This document shows, piece by piece, positions 54,889 to 56,296 of a stretch of DNA of 56,296 nucleotides (within the stretch, counting starts at the first letter, position 1; each line of letters opens with the position of its first letter). Source of the DNA: Nanobdellota archaeon (GTDB taxonomy: Archaea > Nanobdellota > Nanobdellia > Woesearchaeales > UBA9642); NCBI GenBank assembly GCA_041305085.1, contig JBFYMA010000021.1:1-56296 (forward strand), read 5' to 3'. Position numbers and translations under genes: made by a program. Below the pieces are notes generated by a model, which did not search any database, was not told the DNA's origin, and saw only the letters and a list, made by a program, of their open reading frames with translations.

Positions 54889-55542
54889 GTGTGGATTGCC
54901 AGAATAAAAATCAAGCATGATTGTGTGATTGGAAACAGATGTGAGAAATTTGGAGTTACTACAACCGGAACGCCATTTAATGTTTTCGTAGAAAAAGGGG
55001 TAACTCATTCTCCACAAGTTCAGACTTTACAGGGTGACGAAAAAAATATTAAGGATTTTATTGATGATATAAAGAAAGATAAAAGAATTACTCATCTTGA
55101 AGTTGAAGGGAATACTATATTTTTTATTGAAATTAGGAAAGAAAAAATACCTGCAACATTTCATCATATAAAACTTATATTTGTAAAACCTGTTTTTGTG
55201 GATAAACAGGGTTATGAATATTGGGAAGTTTCTTCTTGGAAAAAGTCAATACTGACTGATTTTATAGCGAATATGGAGAAGGAAGTTGGAAAGGTTGACG
55301 TTCTTAAGATTGAAGAAACTAAACTGACAGATATTTATTTTGCTCATCTTCTTCCAAAATTGACTTCTAATCAAAAGAGGGCTATTGAATTGGCGTTTGA
55401 AAATGGGTTTTATGCTTGGCCTAAAAGAACAGATCTGGGTGAATTGGCTAATATAATGAAAGTATCTGTTCCAACATATAGAGAGCATTTGAAAAGAGCA
55501 GAAGAAAAATTAATGCCTGATTTGATTAAATCTATTAAGTAA
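54889..55542 (+). CDS. HTH_10 (bacterio-opsin-activator-type HTH) family regulator
   Basis: The C-terminal LTSNQKRAIELAFENGFYAWPKRTDLGELANIMKVSVPTYREHLKRAEEKL matches the HTH_10 pattern. The start is GTG. Confidence 0.8.
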   Translation: MWIARIKIKHDCVIGNRCEKFGVTTTGTPFNVFVEKGVTHSPQVQTLQGDEKNIKDFIDDIKKDKRITHLEVEGNTIFFIEIRKEKIPATFHHIKLIFVKPVFVDKQGYEYWEVSSWKKSILTDFIANMEKEVGKVDVLKIEETKLTDIYFAHLLPKLTSNQKRAIELAFENGFYAWPKRTDLGELANIMKVSVPTYREHLKRAEEKLMPDLIKSIK

Positions 55543-55558
55543 AACCTCATATTTGAGG
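55540..55558 (+). promoter_or_regulatory. 19-nt palindromic motif TAAAACCTCATATTTGAGG, copy 2
   Basis: It overlaps the stop codon of the HTH_10 gene and lies about 40-50 nt upstream of the flavin reductase start. Confidence 0.35.
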
Positions 55559-55596
55559 GCAAAATTAAATATACTTATTCTATAAACTACTTCATA

Positions 55597-56124
55597 GTGA
55601 TTAAAATGCAAATAACAAAACCTGAAAATATGAAAATAGGAGTTGTGCCAGGACCAAAGTTTGTAACACTTGTATCCTATGGCACTATGGAAAATCCTGA
55701 TATTGTTACTGTAAGTTATGTAGGTCAAATTACTGATAGATTGATGTATGTTTCTTTAAGACCATCAAGACATAGTAATCAAATTTTAAGAAGTAGTGGG
55801 CGATTTGCTATTAACTATATTGGATCAGATTTGGTAAAAAAAGCTGACTTCTGTGGGATTTATTCAGGAAGAGACACTGATAAATTCAAAGAAAGTGGAT
55901 TGAATTTAGATTTTGATCAAGAAATACCAATGATTTCTGAATCTCCTCTTAGTTTAGAATGTGTATTAAAAAACATAACTAGAATTGGAGAGCATGATGT
56001 TTTCTTTGGAGAAGTCAATAAAGCCATTAGAAGAAAGGAAGAATCTAGCTGGCTTTATCACGATAATTTTGAGTATTTTGGAAATGGTCATCAACTAGGG
56101 GGTTTATTTCAAATAGGAAAATGA
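55597..56124 (+). CDS. Flavin reductase-like (FMN-binding split-barrel) protein
   Basis: Its size and the VSL.PSRHS...I...G.F.IN / HD.FFGEV patterns are typical of the flavin reductase-like domain. ATG 55606 is an alternative start. Confidence 0.65.
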   Translation: MIKMQITKPENMKIGVVPGPKFVTLVSYGTMENPDIVTVSYVGQITDRLMYVSLRPSRHSNQILRSSGRFAINYIGSDLVKKADFCGIYSGRDTDKFKESGLNLDFDQEIPMISESPLSLECVLKNITRIGEHDVFFGEVNKAIRRKEESSWLYHDNFEYFGNGHQLGGLFQIGK

Positions 56125-56296
56125 CAAGTGTAGAAGAGATTATAAGAAAATTTGGAACGCCTCTTTATGTTTATGAGGAAGATAGAATTAGTGATAACTA
56201 TAAATTGATTGATGGTTCAATTCCATACCAAAATAAAGAAATCCATTATGCTGTTATGTGCAACAGCAACAGAGTGATTCTTAAAATAATCAGAGG
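56121..56296 (+). CDS. PLP-dependent Orn/DAP/Arg decarboxylase family protein (N-terminal fragment, runs off window)
   Basis: Hand translation gives MTSVEEIIRKFGTPLYVYEEDRISDNYKLI....IHYAVMCNSN, which matches the FGTPLYVY...Y..L....I.YA.K.N N-terminus of group IV decarboxylases. Its ATGA start overlaps the upstream stop. Confidence 0.7.
   Translation, partial: MTSVEEIIRKFGTPLYVYEEDRISDNYKLIDGSIPYQNKEIHYAVMCNSNRVILKIIR

Noticed and set aside
1-56296. A search for tRNA, rRNA, SRP RNA and RNase P RNA genes in all intergenic gaps longer than 80 nt.
   Set aside because: I found no cloverleaf-compatible sequence: no GGTTCRAATCC-type T-arm paired with a matching acceptor stem. I found no rRNA-like conserved block either. 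This was manual scanning only, so tRNAscan-SE and Infernal should confirm it.

Overview
Archaeal chromosome segment. The evidence is eL/eS ribosomal proteins, Orc1/Cdc6, PolD, aIF2-beta and a compact fused primase. Tightly packed small genes and Lys-rich protein tails suggest a DPANN-type lineage, but that is inference only. 175-18313(-) holds a near-complete ribosomal protein supercluster (uL3 to uL15, then SecY), plus eL34, eL14 and a DUF106 insertase. 18.5-40 kb is a replication and repair block. It holds a fused PriS-PriL primase, an unexplained two-gene GHKL-ATPase operon, HtpX-LemA, MazG and Hef. It also holds an origin with two inverted ORB boxes flanking a ~250-nt AT-rich DUE, directly upstream of an orc1/cdc6-polD(DP1)-polD(DP2) operon. 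40-50 kb mixes housekeeping and accessory genes: aIF2-beta, acylphosphatase, methyltransferases, three Zn-ribbon mini-proteins plus a cold-shock protein, HAD, GH15 and a decayed MNT/HEPN pair. 50.2-56.3 kb is a visibly AT-richer island with three gene modules: a HemK-like MTase; a tandem-Lrp regulator with radical SAM/SPASM and AlaX-like genes; and HTH_10 with a flavin reductase and a PLP decarboxylase. These modules are separated by GC-richer imperfect palindromes with attC-like architecture. A second, unrelated family of structured 100-200-nt repeats occurs seven times. One copy splits an Lrp/AsnC gene and two sit at the origin. I recognised no rRNA, tRNA, CRISPR array, transposase or integrase gene. 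All protein calls come from reading motifs in the supplied translations; no database search was run.
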